Positions 48,502 through 59,121 of a DNA stretch of 64,000 nucleotides are shown here, piece after piece; the first letter of the stretch is position 1, and each line of letters opens with the position of its first letter. Where the stretch lies: positions 704,001 through 768,000 of the forward strand of contig CP046106.1 in NCBI GenBank assembly GCA_013343275.1, in the 5' to 3' direction. Made by a program: the position numbers and the translations under genes. The notes beneath the pieces are model-generated. The model did not search any database, was not told where the DNA came from, and was given only the letters and a program-made list of their open reading frames with translations. The stretch comes from Candidatus Nanohaloarchaea archaeon (GTDB lineage: Archaea; Nanohalarchaeota; Nanosalinia; Nanosalinales; Nanosalinaceae).

Positions 48502-51164
48502 TCTCGATCAACTTTCCACATTCTCACGTAACCGTTTGATCCACCAGGAACAGGCTCCGCATACTCTACTCCATGACCGTTCATAAGGTAGAGCCTTACA
48601 AGCACAGTATCCGAAATCTTCCGCGGAACCAGAACCATTCTGGAGGCCTGTGCCCGGATATTAGATCTCTGAGCTGTCAGGAACCCTCTCTCCATAGTGA
48701 AGAAAGGACTTTCAGCAATACAGACCTCGCCCATACCCTGCAGCTGGACAGGATTCGAAACGTTGTAGTTGACAATTCCCTGATCCTCTGTAAGCTTGCA
48801 GCCGATAGGCCTTTGACCTCCGGAAGTCCGGACTGTAGGAGTATCGGTGATATCTATTCCGGTTCTCGAGGAGAGATTTGTAGGCACATATACTGACAGG
48901 CCTCCTCTACTGAACCTTACCAGTGTCTGATTGCCCTGAGTGAATGTCGACTGCCTGATATCGCTCGTTGTGTACAGCTGCAGCATGGAGTTGAACTGTG
49001 AATTGTTCCTGTTGTGAATCTGACTTACTGCCGAGTACTTGCCGATCATACTGTGGTCAAGCACTATGTAATCTACAGACATCTTCTGCAGCAGATCTGT
49101 GTTCTCGTCAGGTGGAGTTGCAAGATAGTCGGCTAGTGGGTAGTTGACAGGCCCACCATCTGAGTAATATGCAAGGTTACCTCCATCTGCAACAGATGCT
49201 CTTCTGCCAATGGTCTGGAAATGGTATCCGTAGTCCCACCAGGAAAGAATCACTGATCCGTTCTCAGTGTTGTCTTCCATGTATTCAAGGTTCTGATCCC
49301 ACAGACTGTTGGGAGACCCGCCTATCTGGCTGGAAGCTACAAGCCCTGTTGCCACGTTCGGAATTGCTACTGCAAGCACTACAACTGTAATTGCTGCAAT
49401 TCGACCGGCCTCAGCTTTGCCCTCTAGCAGCATCTCAAGATCTGCATCTCTGAGCCAGGTAACTGCTCTGGCAACCGTAATGCCTGCTACCAGTGCTACA
49501 GGGAAGACTGCCAGAGTCATAAGCCGGGACTTTGAAATAGCGCTCAAGAAGTTTGTCAGCATCCATAGAAGCGGCAGCAGCTGATACCACTCAATATTCA
49601 CAGCTACCTTCTTCAGGTTCTCTGTATAGTAGACTATACCTATAGAGCCAAGTACAGCTAACGTTGCTGGCAGAGCAGCTCTTGCAGAGTTAAGCTGTCC
49701 TGTAACCATCATCAGCTGTGTGGCTGCTGTGAACCCGAGAACCATCATCTCTAGGCTGAAAAGCGACTCTTCATCTGTATAGAGCAGCAATGTCCAGTAA
49801 CTTCCAAGGATTACTAAGGTAAGAACGATTCCTGGAAGAACAAATCCTTCGAAGAAACTTATGAAGAAGATGCTCCAGGCAGAGTAAGTTGCTGCGAGCG
49901 CTGCGTAGTACTGTTTGCCACTCACTTCTTCCTCAATGTAACCGTATTTCTTCAGAAGCATTAGGCCTACCTTAGTTCCTAGAATGGCTGTTCCTATCAA
50001 CGCTAGCTGTAAAGCCCCGGTAAGATTGCCTAGCGCTGCTAGGAATCCAAGGCCGAAGTTCGAAAGTAAAGGTTGAGCATAACTTGCTCCCAGGCTTGAT
50101 ACAAGGCTGCTGAAGCTTGCGGCCTGGTTTTCTGCTACTGTTCGGAGGATAACGCTTGTTCCCCCTGCTCCTGCTGCTTTGGAAATCAATCCAAAGAACT
50201 TGTCGGCAAGGAACTGCGAGTAAAGCGGTGAGAGCAGCAGAGCTATTAGTCCGAATACCGACATTGTTGGAACGTAGTATGATAGCTGTCTGTCAGAGAG
50301 CCAGTTAAATTCTCCGAGCAGGTAGCGGCTCCAAAGGAATCCAAGCATCCCAAAGTTGACGACCGCTAGATCGCCAGTGATCCAGAAACGGCTGTAATTG
50401 AAAACAGAGGCAACGCCAACCCCAAGAACAACTGTAGGTGTGTAAACTGTTACGAGCCTTCTTATGTCTTCGTTCAGCAGCATTACGATACCTACCGTCA
50501 TAGGGTAAAGCATCCAGAGCATCTTGGCTCCTCCCCAGGTAATAGTAAATGCACCTAGAGAGAGTCCTGCCAGAGCTCCCGAAATATGGCTATTGCGTTT
50601 CCATGAACGTGTGAAAAAGTAGAGCGAGGCCATCATCAGGAAGGTTCCGATCGGTTCCTTCTCGAAGAAACCCGCGGAGGTTCTGTGCATAATCCCTGCG
50701 ACTGTCGCAAGGAAGAAAGCTGATGAAAGACCTGTAACTTTCCCGTACAGCTCTTTACCTAAAAAGTACATAACTACGACACTGAAAGCACCCATTAAAG
50801 CAGGGTAAAACTGAGCCCACTCTGTAAAGTTAGCGAAAATTGCTGAAGGGCCTAGATGGTACATTATTGCTGGGAATACGATATCTCCCTGATTGAGAAC
50901 ATAGTTGGGGGCATTGTATGGGAAGTAACGCATAAAATCAGTTAGAGGTATATTGCCGGAAAGAGCGAGGTGACGTGACTGTCGGAATATGAAGTAAGGG
51001 TCCAGGGCCTGAAGATACTGCATACCTTGCTCAGGAAGGTATCTAAGCCATAGGGCGAGACTGAATATAGCTGTTATGCCTATTCCGCCCCAGTACTTCT
51101 TAACGGTTTCCAGACTTGCTTTCTCCTTAATATTCTCCTCACTGAGCATTTCCTTATAAGACAT
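48498..51164 (-). CDS. aglB: Oligosaccharyltransferase AglB (STT3)
   Basis: LDPY, RTSAGFFEKE, TVAEN, WWDYG, DHSMIGK. Confidence 0.95.
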   Translation of the reverse strand: MSYKEMLSEENIKEKASLETVKKYWGGIGITAIFSLALWLRYLPEQGMQYLQALDPYFIFRQSRHLALSGNIPLTDFMRYFPYNAPNYVLNQGDIVFPAIMYHLGPSAIFANFTEWAQFYPALMGAFSVVVMYFLGKELYGKVTGLSSAFFLATVAGIMHRTSAGFFEKEPIGTFLMMASLYFFTRSWKRNSHISGALAGLSLGAFTITWGGAKMLWMLYPMTVGIVMLLNEDIRRLVTVYTPTVVLGVGVASVFNYSRFWITGDLAVVNFGMLGFLWSRYLLGEFNWLSDRQLSYYVPTMSVFGLIALLLSPLYSQFLADKFFGLISKAAGAGGTSVILRTVAENQAASFSSLVSSLGASYAQPLLSNFGLGFLAALGNLTGALQLALIGTAILGTKVGLMLLKKYGYIEEEVSGKQYYAALAATYSAWSIFFISFFEGFVLPGIVLTLVILGSYWTLLLYTDEESLFSLEMMVLGFTAATQLMMVTGQLNSARAALPATLAVLGSIGIVYYTENLKKVAVNIEWYQLLPLLWMLTNFLSAISKSRLMTLAVFPVALVAGITVARAVTWLRDADLEMLLEGKAEAGRIAAITVVVLAVAIPNVATGLVASSQIGGSPNSLWDQNLEYMEDNTENGSVILSWWDYGYHFQTIGRRASVADGGNLAYYSDGGPVNYPLADYLATPPDENTDLLQKMSVDYIVLDHSMIGKYSAVSQIHNRNNSQFNSMLQLYTTSDIRQSTFTQGNQTLVRFSRGGLSVYVPTNLSSRTGIDITDTPTVRTSGGQRPIGCKLTEDQGIVNYNVSNPVQLQGMGEVCIAESPFFTMERGFLTAQRSNIRAQASRMVLVPRKISDTVLVRLYLMNGHGVEYAEPVPGGSNGYVRMWKVDRE

Positions 51165-51265
51165 GGCCCTGTTCTTGGATTAGGCATACATGTTTTTTAT
51201 TGCTTGCATGCGCTTCTCTACACCGCTGCCGCATGGTTTAAAAACGTTCTAAATGACTCTTTTTC

Positions 51266-52189
51266 GTGGACCTCGAAAAAAGATTCAATAATATATACGC
51301 AGATTTTGACAAGTACATCTGGATACCAATAGGCCTTGTTCTGGTCTCGCTGCTTATTCTCGGAGGAAACTATCTGGCTACAGGAGAGTTCGTAGGAAAA
51401 GGCCTGGATTTCACAGGAGGTACCGAGGTCACATATGCCGTAGAAGGAACGTTCAGTACGGGAGAGGTCGAAGAGGTATTCGCCAATCAGGGATATATGG
51501 GAGTAAATGCATTAAGACTGGAGTCTCAGGGATCAAACCAGTCTCAGCTTGTTGTACAGATCCCGCCGCCCAGCATTAATGGCTCGGAACAAGCAGAGCA
51601 AATTATGGAGAATGCAGGTTACAATGCAACTGCAAGAAGCTTTACCTCCATATCTACAGCAGTCTCAGGACAGTTCTTCCTGCAGGCCTCGCTCGCTTTC
51701 GCCCTGGCATTCATGATCATGAGTCTGGTAATATTCGCAGCATTCAAAGACGTAGTACCGTCAATGGCAGTAATATTTGCAGCTACAGGAGATATTATAG
51801 TTGCTCTGGCAGGAATGGCCTTGTTTAACATCCAGTTAACACTCGGCTCGTTCGCCGCATTACTGATGCTTATCGGTTACTCGGTCGACACAGATATCGT
51901 TCTGTCAACCCGCGCACTGAAGCGTGAGAGAGGAACACTGAGAAAGAGAATGTGGGAGTCGATGAAGACAGGAGTCACAATGAGCTCGGGCGGAATAGCA
52001 GGATTCACACTGCTCTTCATGGTATCCTATGCAATAGTCGGGCCTTCAGAACTCTCAAACATCGCCTCTGTAATGCTTATAGGCCTGCTGGCAGACATGC
52101 CGCTTACCTGGTTCGGAAACGCTATAATACTGAAAAAATACATTAAAGGAGACTTCAGCAGCCTGGAGGATATAATAAAATGGAAGTAA
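51266..52189 (+). CDS. secF: Protein translocase subunit SecF
   Basis: GLDFTGGT, AALLMLIGYSVDTDI. Confidence 0.93.
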   Translation: MDLEKRFNNIYADFDKYIWIPIGLVLVSLLILGGNYLATGEFVGKGLDFTGGTEVTYAVEGTFSTGEVEEVFANQGYMGVNALRLESQGSNQSQLVVQIPPPSINGSEQAEQIMENAGYNATARSFTSISTAVSGQFFLQASLAFALAFMIMSLVIFAAFKDVVPSMAVIFAATGDIIVALAGMALFNIQLTLGSFAALLMLIGYSVDTDIVLSTRALKRERGTLRKRMWESMKTGVTMSSGGIAGFTLLFMVSYAIVGPSELSNIASVMLIGLLADMPLTWFGNAIILKKYIKGDFSSLEDIIKWK

Positions 52190-53847
52190 AGGAATTCATG
52201 AAGGAATGGAGAGTATGGGTACTACTGCTAGCGCTAGGTATCTCAACGCTGTGGATAGGCCCCTCATATGAGACAAGAAATGGAGAAGTAGTTCTAACGA
52301 CCCAGCTCGAGGATAGGACAGGAATACAGTTCTCTGGAGGAACACGGATGCTGCTTACACCGCAGACAAATGCCACAGGCCAGGAACTGCAGGATATCGC
52401 AACTGACGTCAAGGATGTTCTCGGGCTCCGTATAGCGACATCCAGTATAGCTGATGCACAGGTAAGAGTGGTGGATCTTGGAGATGGCAATTACAAGTTG
52501 CAGCTGCAGACAGCAAACACCAATCAGACCAAACTGAAAGAACTAATTAAACAGCAGGGGAGCTTCGAGGCCCGGATGCCGCTATATGTCCGAGATGCGG
52601 AAAATATAACTGTAAACTATCAGAACAGGACAGTTCTCCAGTTCGATAAGCAGGAACAGAATATCTCGGTAAGCAGGTTCTCTGATACTGGAGAAGTTAA
52701 GATAGCAGAGTACCAGCCAGGAACAACCTTTATAGCCGCCGATACTACGTTTATCTACAAGAACTCTACTGAAGCAGTCAGCAAACTCGAGATAGTGGCC
52801 TACACAGGAGAAGATATACTTGAAGTCAGCTGGAACGAGAGAAGGACAAGAGGTTCCGGAAACCAGTTCAGAACCAGCTTCCCGATCCAGTTGCAGCGTT
52901 CAGCAGCTATGGATACAGGCCTTATATTCAGCAACTACTTGCCTTCCATAACAGGCGATAATTCACAGCTAGTACTTGAAAATGGTAGCGCAGCAAGACT
53001 TAGACTCTATGTGGACAGCGAACTGAGGAATGCTCTAACAGTGGCTGCAGGCCTGGGGGAGGAGCCTTACAGTACGACATCCTCGATCTCTGCGGTGGGA
53101 AGCACTCCTTCGGAGGCCCGTGATAATGCTAAAGAGCTGCAGACAATACTTAAATCAGGTAAGCTGCCTGTTCCTCTGAAGATAGAGAGTGTTTCCCGTA
53201 TCTCTGCGGCCCTGGGTTCTCAGTTCATGCTGGCCTCTATTCTATCTATTATAGGATCTCTGGTTGCTGTAGGAGCACTGGTGTTTGTGAGGTACGATGA
53301 TATCCGTTATGCTCTGCCTATTGTTCTTACCGGTGCTTCGGAAGTCTACATTCTTCTGGGTTTCTGGAGCTGGTTTACACAGCTGGGAAGCATCAGTCTA
53401 TCAGCGATCGCAGGTATAATTGCTGCGGTAGGTACAGGAGTAGACGATCAGATAATTATAACAGACGAATCCGGTAAAGAGCAGGTCAGAAGCGTATCGG
53501 AGAGGATGAAGAGAGCTTTCTTCGTAATCTTCACGTCAGCCGCTTCAACGATCGGTGCCATGTTCCCAATCCTCAGCGCGGGTACTGCAAGCACACTGAT
53601 CGGTATTGCAGGAGCAGGCCTGATCGGATACGCTTTCTACTCCAGGAACACCAACTACAGCTACGTGGCGATCGGCAGCCTGGCACTGGCAATGTCTGTA
53701 GTCACTTCGGCAGTCGGGCCTTCAAGTGCAGCGCTTCAGACAATCCACGGGTTCGCAGCAACTACAATCCTTGGAATCCTGATCGGAATCACAGTTACAA
53801 GGCCTGCCTACTCGAAATACGTCGAGTACATTGAGAAGGATAAGTAG
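52180..53847 (+). CDS. secD: Protein translocase subunit SecD
   Basis: LKSGKLP, IAGIIAAVGTGVDDQIII, RPAY. Confidence 0.93.
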   Translation: MEVKEFMKEWRVWVLLLALGISTLWIGPSYETRNGEVVLTTQLEDRTGIQFSGGTRMLLTPQTNATGQELQDIATDVKDVLGLRIATSSIADAQVRVVDLGDGNYKLQLQTANTNQTKLKELIKQQGSFEARMPLYVRDAENITVNYQNRTVLQFDKQEQNISVSRFSDTGEVKIAEYQPGTTFIAADTTFIYKNSTEAVSKLEIVAYTGEDILEVSWNERRTRGSGNQFRTSFPIQLQRSAAMDTGLIFSNYLPSITGDNSQLVLENGSAARLRLYVDSELRNALTVAAGLGEEPYSTTSSISAVGSTPSEARDNAKELQTILKSGKLPVPLKIESVSRISAALGSQFMLASILSIIGSLVAVGALVFVRYDDIRYALPIVLTGASEVYILLGFWSWFTQLGSISLSAIAGIIAAVGTGVDDQIIITDESGKEQVRSVSERMKRAFFVIFTSAASTIGAMFPILSAGTASTLIGIAGAGLIGYAFYSRNTNYSYVAIGSLALAMSVVTSAVGPSSAALQTIHGFAATTILGILIGITVTRPAYSKYVEYIEKDK

Positions 53848-53885
53848 AAAAGGTAGTGAAAAAATGCGGAAAAAATAGGCCTGGT

Positions 53886-54200
53886 TTACTGTAGATCCAT
53901 TACTGCTCCGGCTACGTCTTCGTTCTCTTCCAGAGCGTTCTTGGCTTCTTCTTCTGAGGCCCCGGTCTTCTCCATAACTAGCTGTACGTCTTCCCCACTG
54001 ACGTCTTCTTCCTCGGAGTAGTCGCCCTGAAGCTGGAACATGTCCTGTCCCTGAACTGAGATCTTGGAGAGTTCAGGATTGTTGAATACCATTTTCTTGT
54101 CACCGATTTCTACTACTACGCGATCGGCATCGATCTCTTCCATATCCATGCCCATCTGCTTCATCATTTTCGACATATCTTGGCCGCCAAACATACCCAA
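53886..54200 (-). CDS. nac: Nascent polypeptide-associated complex protein
   Basis: MMKQMG, NAC domain, UBA-like EDVQLVMEKTG. Confidence 0.92.
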   Translation of the reverse strand: MGMFGGQDMSKMMKQMGMDMEEIDADRVVVEIGDKKMVFNNPELSKISVQGQDMFQLQGDYSEEEDVSGEDVQLVMEKTGASEEEAKNALEENEDVAGAVMDLQ

Positions 54201-54227
54201 ACATTACACCCTGCTCTTTAAATCCGC

Positions 54228-55436
54228 TTGCCCGGTCAAAACAAAAATATCTCGATACAACTAATTCTGATAATTCTGGCCGGAGTAACAGCAGGAGTCT
54301 TCACAGGGATAATACCTGGGATACATCCAAACACTGTGGTTTTCACCTCTCTGCCCTACTACTTCGCAGTACAGCCAGAACTCATGAATTATCTGGTCTT
54401 CATTGTGGCGATATCTGTCTCCCACACCTTCCACGACTTCCTGCCCGCAATTTTCCTGCACGCACCGAACTCAACAACAGCACTCTCCACAATGCCGGGA
54501 GCAGAGGCAGTATCGAAAGGAGAGGGCCTGGAAGCATTCTACAGGACCGCGGCAGGAGGCCTGATAGCAGTTACAGGTATCCTGGTTCTACTGCCAGCTC
54601 TCTTCCTCCTGCTTAAACCGATATACTCTTTCATTGAACCTTTAATGCTGTACATCCTTGTGTTCTTCCTGATCTTCACCGTACTGAAATCAGATAGAAC
54701 TTTCCTGGCATTACAGATAGCAGCCCTCGCAGGGTTCCTGGGCCTTTACAGCTTTAACCTGCCCGTTAACCAGAACTACATCCTGATACCGGTATTTACA
54801 GGCCTTTTCGCAGTACCAGCAATGTCGTCAGCTCTTGGAAGAGAAGAAGGCCTTACAGATCAGAGTAGAGAAATTGAAGTGGATGTAAGTGCATCTTCTG
54901 GCATTATTGGAGCCGCTGCGGGCCTACTGGCTGGCGTAGTGCCTGGTATAGGCCCGGCGATCTCCACAAGCTTTCTAAGCCCTCTTTCCGAGGACAGCAG
55001 TTTTGTTGCCTCGCTTGGAGGTGTTAACTCCTCAGATATTGTCTCATCTCTAGTAGCTCTTTACCTGCTTAACGCTCCCAGAAGCGGTGCTTCGGTAGCT
55101 ATAAACCAGATTACATCTCTTTCAGCTCAGACAATGGTGGTTCTTGTAGGTGCAGCAGCTTTCTCAACTGCGGCATCCTTCTTTGTCTGCCTGAAGATGT
55201 CACGTTACTATGTGTCGTTCCTGGAGAAATTTAGCTACAGAAAAATTATCTACGCTGTAATGGTTCTGCTGTCAGGCCTTATCTTCTACTTTACCGGGTT
55301 TCTAGGGTTGCTCGTGCTATTCACTGCGTCTATGATAGGTTTCTGTGCGAAGGCTGTCGGCGAGAGAGCTGTTCTCATGTCGGTTCTGATGGTTCCTGCC
55401 GTTCTTTTCTTCTCCGGCACTGGAGTAGTTATGTAA
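54228..55436 (+). CDS. TctA/DUF112-family membrane protein
   Basis: TGIIPGIHPN, HTFHDFLPAIFL, PRSG; start codon uncertain. Confidence 0.85.
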   Translation: MPGQNKNISIQLILIILAGVTAGVFTGIIPGIHPNTVVFTSLPYYFAVQPELMNYLVFIVAISVSHTFHDFLPAIFLHAPNSTTALSTMPGAEAVSKGEGLEAFYRTAAGGLIAVTGILVLLPALFLLLKPIYSFIEPLMLYILVFFLIFTVLKSDRTFLALQIAALAGFLGLYSFNLPVNQNYILIPVFTGLFAVPAMSSALGREEGLTDQSREIEVDVSASSGIIGAAAGLLAGVVPGIGPAISTSFLSPLSEDSSFVASLGGVNSSDIVSSLVALYLLNAPRSGASVAINQITSLSAQTMVVLVGAAAFSTAASFFVCLKMSRYYVSFLEKFSYRKIIYAVMVLLSGLIFYFTGFLGLLVLFTASMIGFCAKAVGERAVLMSVLMVPAVLFFSGTGVVM

Positions 55437-55461
55437 AACTCTGTAACAGAGGTTAAACTGT

Positions 55462-56463
55462 ATGAACGAGCAGAAAAGCTTTCTGGTCTTCTTCATAGCA
55501 GCTATTGCAGCAGTTGCTGCACTGATGATAAAGCCTTTTCTGCCTTACGTGATGGGTGCCGCAATACTGGCCTTTATCTCAAGGCCTCTGCACAGAAAGC
55601 TTTCTGGTGGCATCGGTGAGGTTGCCAGCGCAGGATTCCTGGTATTTCTATCCATTTTTCTGGCCATAGTTCCGATGGTGCTGGCAGCTACAGTAGTTAT
55701 GGACGATGCACAGGACCTTGCAAACAGGGTAGGCGATCTTGAAACTATAGACCTGTCGAAGATAGATGCCAAAATCCACCAGCTTACAGGAGAGGATCTT
55801 AATATAGAGCAGAACGTCAGGGAGGCCGTCAAGAGATTTGCATCCCTTTCATTCGGAAATGTCTCACAGCTTTTCAACCTGATAGCTAACCTGGCGATAG
55901 GAATGTCGTTGATGCTTTTCCTGCAGTACTACTTCATCAAGGACGGCGACCATCTGATCGAATGGCTGAAGGAGATGACTCCTCTACCTGAAGACATACA
56001 GGACAGCCTGATAGAGAGAACAAATACAACTACATGGGCCGTAGTCAAAGGCCACGTACTCGTAGCTATTGCGCAGGGACTGGTAGCAGGAATAGGCCTC
56101 TACGCTACAGGAGTACCAAACCCTTACTTCTGGACCTTCGTCATGACATTACTGGCCTTCCTGCCTATAGTAGGATCATTCCTTATCTGGGGGCCTGCAG
56201 GGGTATACCTGATAATGATCGATCATATCACTGCCGGAATAGCCCTCCTTATCTACGGCGTGATAGTAGTCGGCCTCACAGACAACTTCCTGAGACCTAT
56301 AGTAGTGGATAAATCTGCAGAGCTACATCCCGCCGTCATAATAATCGGGGTTCTTGGAGGCCTGTACGTCTTCGGAGCGCCAGGCCTGTTTATTGGCCCT
56401 ATAGTCCTCGGTATTCTTCGATCAGCGCTTGTAGTCTTCAACAACCACTATTCGGAACTCTAG
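55462..56463 (+). CDS. AI-2E family transporter
   Basis: DNFLRP, HPAVIIIGVLGG..FG..GLFIGP. Confidence 0.92.
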   Translation: MNEQKSFLVFFIAAIAAVAALMIKPFLPYVMGAAILAFISRPLHRKLSGGIGEVASAGFLVFLSIFLAIVPMVLAATVVMDDAQDLANRVGDLETIDLSKIDAKIHQLTGEDLNIEQNVREAVKRFASLSFGNVSQLFNLIANLAIGMSLMLFLQYYFIKDGDHLIEWLKEMTPLPEDIQDSLIERTNTTTWAVVKGHVLVAIAQGLVAGIGLYATGVPNPYFWTFVMTLLAFLPIVGSFLIWGPAGVYLIMIDHITAGIALLIYGVIVVGLTDNFLRPIVVDKSAELHPAVIIIGVLGGLYVFGAPGLFIGPIVLGILRSALVVFNNHYSEL

Positions 56464-56510
56464 AGATGGCCCAAGGGTTAAAAGAGACCGGCGGGTAATT
56501 CGGGGTTACA

Positions 56511-57308
56511 GTGGAATCCAAGAAAGATACTGTAGTAACTGCTCTGGTAATTACTCTTGTTATATCTATCCCGGCGGCAGCACAGAGTATCGAGCTGGAT
56601 CAAGGCCAGAATAAATTCTTCAAATCTGATACACAGGGAAAGTTTGGATCCAGCTTCCAGCTAGATTTCTCCAGTGCCAGGAGATCTTCGTACCTCAAAA
56701 CACCTCAGTACTCGGTATCATCCACGACAACACCACAGAAAACAGTCAAAACGTATTCTACTGCAAAAGCAGATCTTACTATCTCTTATATTAACGCAAC
56801 AACTCGTATCGAAAAGATAACTACGCCTTATGGAACACTGGTTACAGGGGTCAGGAACGGCCGCCGATTTGAGAGGTTCACAGGGGTAAACAGAACCAGA
56901 GTAGAGAAGATAAAGTCCGAAGTCAAAGAGAAATACCATAAAAGCATATCGGAGCTGGAAAAAAGGGAGACAAAGGCCATAAGATCTGAACTACCTGACC
57001 TGAAGGTAGGGATCAAGGAAGGCGAAACAGAGTACGTAAACATTACAAACCAGGCCTCTGAACCTGTAGATCTATCAGGATGGAAGATGGTAAGTACTTC
57101 ATCAGATCTCTCCGATAACTTCACTGTGGGACAGGTGACGATACGACCAGGTCATACATACACTTTCTACGAGGGTGAAGGCCGGCGCGGTGAGTTGAAG
57201 ACAAATGCGGTTTACGATACAGGGTTGACAATCTACAGTGGCTCGGGGAGGCTGAAGGTGTATACTGACAGTGGCCTCACCTATGCAGATATACATTACT
57301 ACAGCTAA
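56511..57308 (+). CDS. Secreted protein with C-terminal lamin-tail-like domain
   Basis: Signal peptide; EYVNITN...VDLSGWK...IRPG. Confidence 0.75.
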   Translation: MESKKDTVVTALVITLVISIPAAAQSIELDQGQNKFFKSDTQGKFGSSFQLDFSSARRSSYLKTPQYSVSSTTTPQKTVKTYSTAKADLTISYINATTRIEKITTPYGTLVTGVRNGRRFERFTGVNRTRVEKIKSEVKEKYHKSISELEKRETKAIRSELPDLKVGIKEGETEYVNITNQASEPVDLSGWKMVSTSSDLSDNFTVGQVTIRPGHTYTFYEGEGRRGELKTNAVYDTGLTIYSGSGRLKVYTDSGLTYADIHYYS

Positions 57309-57592
57309 TTCTCCTCAACCTTCTCCAGAGTTCCGTTTACCACGTACTCATCGCCTGTAAACAGGCGCTTGACCTTCTGCTCTTCATCCTCAACTGCAAT
57401 CATAATCTGACCAAAGACTGATTCCAGGCCCATCGACTCCGATCTCACGTTAATTACTATCCCCATCAATACGTTAAGGTAGAGTAGTACGTTAAGAGAG
57501 GCCTGATTGAAGCCCAGAAACTCTACTGTTGCATATGTCAGGCCTGCGAAAATAAGTCCGTAGATAGCGCCGTCGCGTAACTCCTCTCTCAC
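57305..57592 (-). CDS. Small membrane protein
   Basis: Two TM segments. Confidence 0.6.
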   Translation of the reverse strand: MREELRDGAIYGLIFAGLTYATVEFLGFNQASLNVLLYLNVLMGIVINVRSESMGLESVFGQIMIAVEDEEQKVKRLFTGDEYVVNGTLEKVEEN

Positions 57593-57631
57593 AATACAAA
57601 AAGCTCTGCCCGACTTGTTAAAATGTACAGT

Positions 57632-57991
57632 ATGAAAGGAGTCTACCTGCTATTCCTGGAGCTTGAAGAAGACAGAGAAATAGAGATAGGCGCTCTAGGC
57701 CAGATAAACTTCTCCAAGGGAAAATACGTCTACGTGGGCTCCGCACAGAACTCTGTAGAGAAAAGGCTGCAGCGCCACTTCTCCACAGACAAGAAACTCC
57801 ACTGGCATATCGACTATCTACTCGAAGAATCGAGACCCTATGACTACTTCATACTACCTGAAAAGTCGGAATACGAACAGGTAATGGCCTCAATCATGGA
57901 AGAGATAGCTGAACCGGTGCCGGAGTTCGGGGCCTCTGACTCCAGCAAGAACTCTCATCTGTTCAGGTTACCGAAGAGCTTAACAGAATAA
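57632..57991 (+). CDS. DUF123 GIY-YIG-like nuclease
   Basis: KGVYLL, YVYVGSA, HWHIDYL, FGASD, SHL. Confidence 0.9.
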   Translation: MKGVYLLFLELEEDREIEIGALGQINFSKGKYVYVGSAQNSVEKRLQRHFSTDKKLHWHIDYLLEESRPYDYFILPEKSEYEQVMASIMEEIAEPVPEFGASDSSKNSHLFRLPKSLTE

Positions 57992-58008
57992 CAGCACAAT
58001 CATCAGTT

Positions 58009-58203
58009 ATGTCCGAGGTCTTCTACCAGTGTCCTGACTGCGGCTACAAGCAGCGTAGCAAGGCTCAGAAAAGAGTACAGTGCCATCAGTGCGGACGCAG
58101 CTACCTGAAGAGAGATGCCAAGAAGACTAAAGACAAGTCCGACGACTTTGATGAGGAGAAAGGTACAGGGTTCTTCAAGTACTCTAAAAGTGACTCGGAA
58201 TAA
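58009..58203 (+). CDS. Small CPxCG-type zinc-finger protein
   Basis: CPDCG...CHQCG. Confidence 0.8.
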   Translation: MSEVFYQCPDCGYKQRSKAQKRVQCHQCGRSYLKRDAKKTKDKSDDFDEEKGTGFFKYSKSDSE

Positions 58204-58230
58204 AAACATTTTCTCACTATTAGAGTATCT

Positions 58231-59118
58231 ATGCAGAAATTCTCGATACCGGCGGAGGACTTCGACCTGGAGCAGACAATGACCTGCGGCCAGACATTCT
58301 GCTGGCATCGAATAGATGGAAAACTCTACGAAGACGGATCTGAAGATCAGAGTTCTTCAAAACCACATTTCTACACTTTCAGAAACGGCGAACCGGTAAT
58401 TGTAGAGGAGAAAGATGACGAAATAATAGTTGAAACAGAGCTACCGCGAGAGGAAGTGGAAAAGGCCCTCGGAGTGCACCACGATCTGGAGGAAGTTTTC
58501 TCAACATTTCCTGACAATGAGAAGCTTTCAGACGCGAAAGAAGAGCTGTGGGGCCTGAGAATTGTTCAGGACGAGTTCTTCCCGTGCCTTATCTCGTATC
58601 TTCTATCACCGCAGATGAGGATACCGCGTATCAAGAAGATGCACAACGAGATCGCCAGAAAATACGGCGAAGTAAGAGAGGTAGATGGAAAAGAACTCCT
58701 GAGATTCCCGACAAGAGAAGAACTTTCACAGGCCTCTGAAGAAGAGCTCAGAGAACTGGGAACAGGCTACAGGGCCAAGTACATTGTAGAAACTTTGAAG
58801 ATTCTGGAGGAAGAAAATTTCGACCCTGAAGAGGTAAGAGAGATGGAGTACGGAGAGGCCCGTGAAAAAATGAAGGATCTGTACGGTGTCGGCGATAAAG
58901 TAGCTGACTGCGTACTTCTCTTCTCACTAGGATTTTACGAGGCCTATCCAATTGATACATGGGCGGACAAAGCCCTGAAGAACCACTTTGAAGATCTTTA
59001 TTCCAATAACTACAACGAACTCTCCGAAAATATGAGGGAGCACTTCGGCAAGTATTCGGGTTACGCCCAGGAATATATCTTTCACGCTGCAAGACAAGGA
59101 CATATAGAGGTCGAATGA
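58231..59118 (+). CDS. 8-oxoguanine DNA glycosylase (OGG1-like, HhH-GPD)
   Basis: CGQTF, GLRI, GYRAKY, GVGDKVADC, YPID, GYAQ. Confidence 0.9.
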   Translation: MQKFSIPAEDFDLEQTMTCGQTFCWHRIDGKLYEDGSEDQSSSKPHFYTFRNGEPVIVEEKDDEIIVETELPREEVEKALGVHHDLEEVFSTFPDNEKLSDAKEELWGLRIVQDEFFPCLISYLLSPQMRIPRIKKMHNEIARKYGEVREVDGKELLRFPTREELSQASEEELRELGTGYRAKYIVETLKILEEENFDPEEVREMEYGEAREKMKDLYGVGDKVADCVLLFSLGFYEAYPIDTWADKALKNHFEDLYSNNYNELSENMREHFGKYSGYAQEYIFHAARQGHIEVE

Positions 59119-59121
59119 AGA

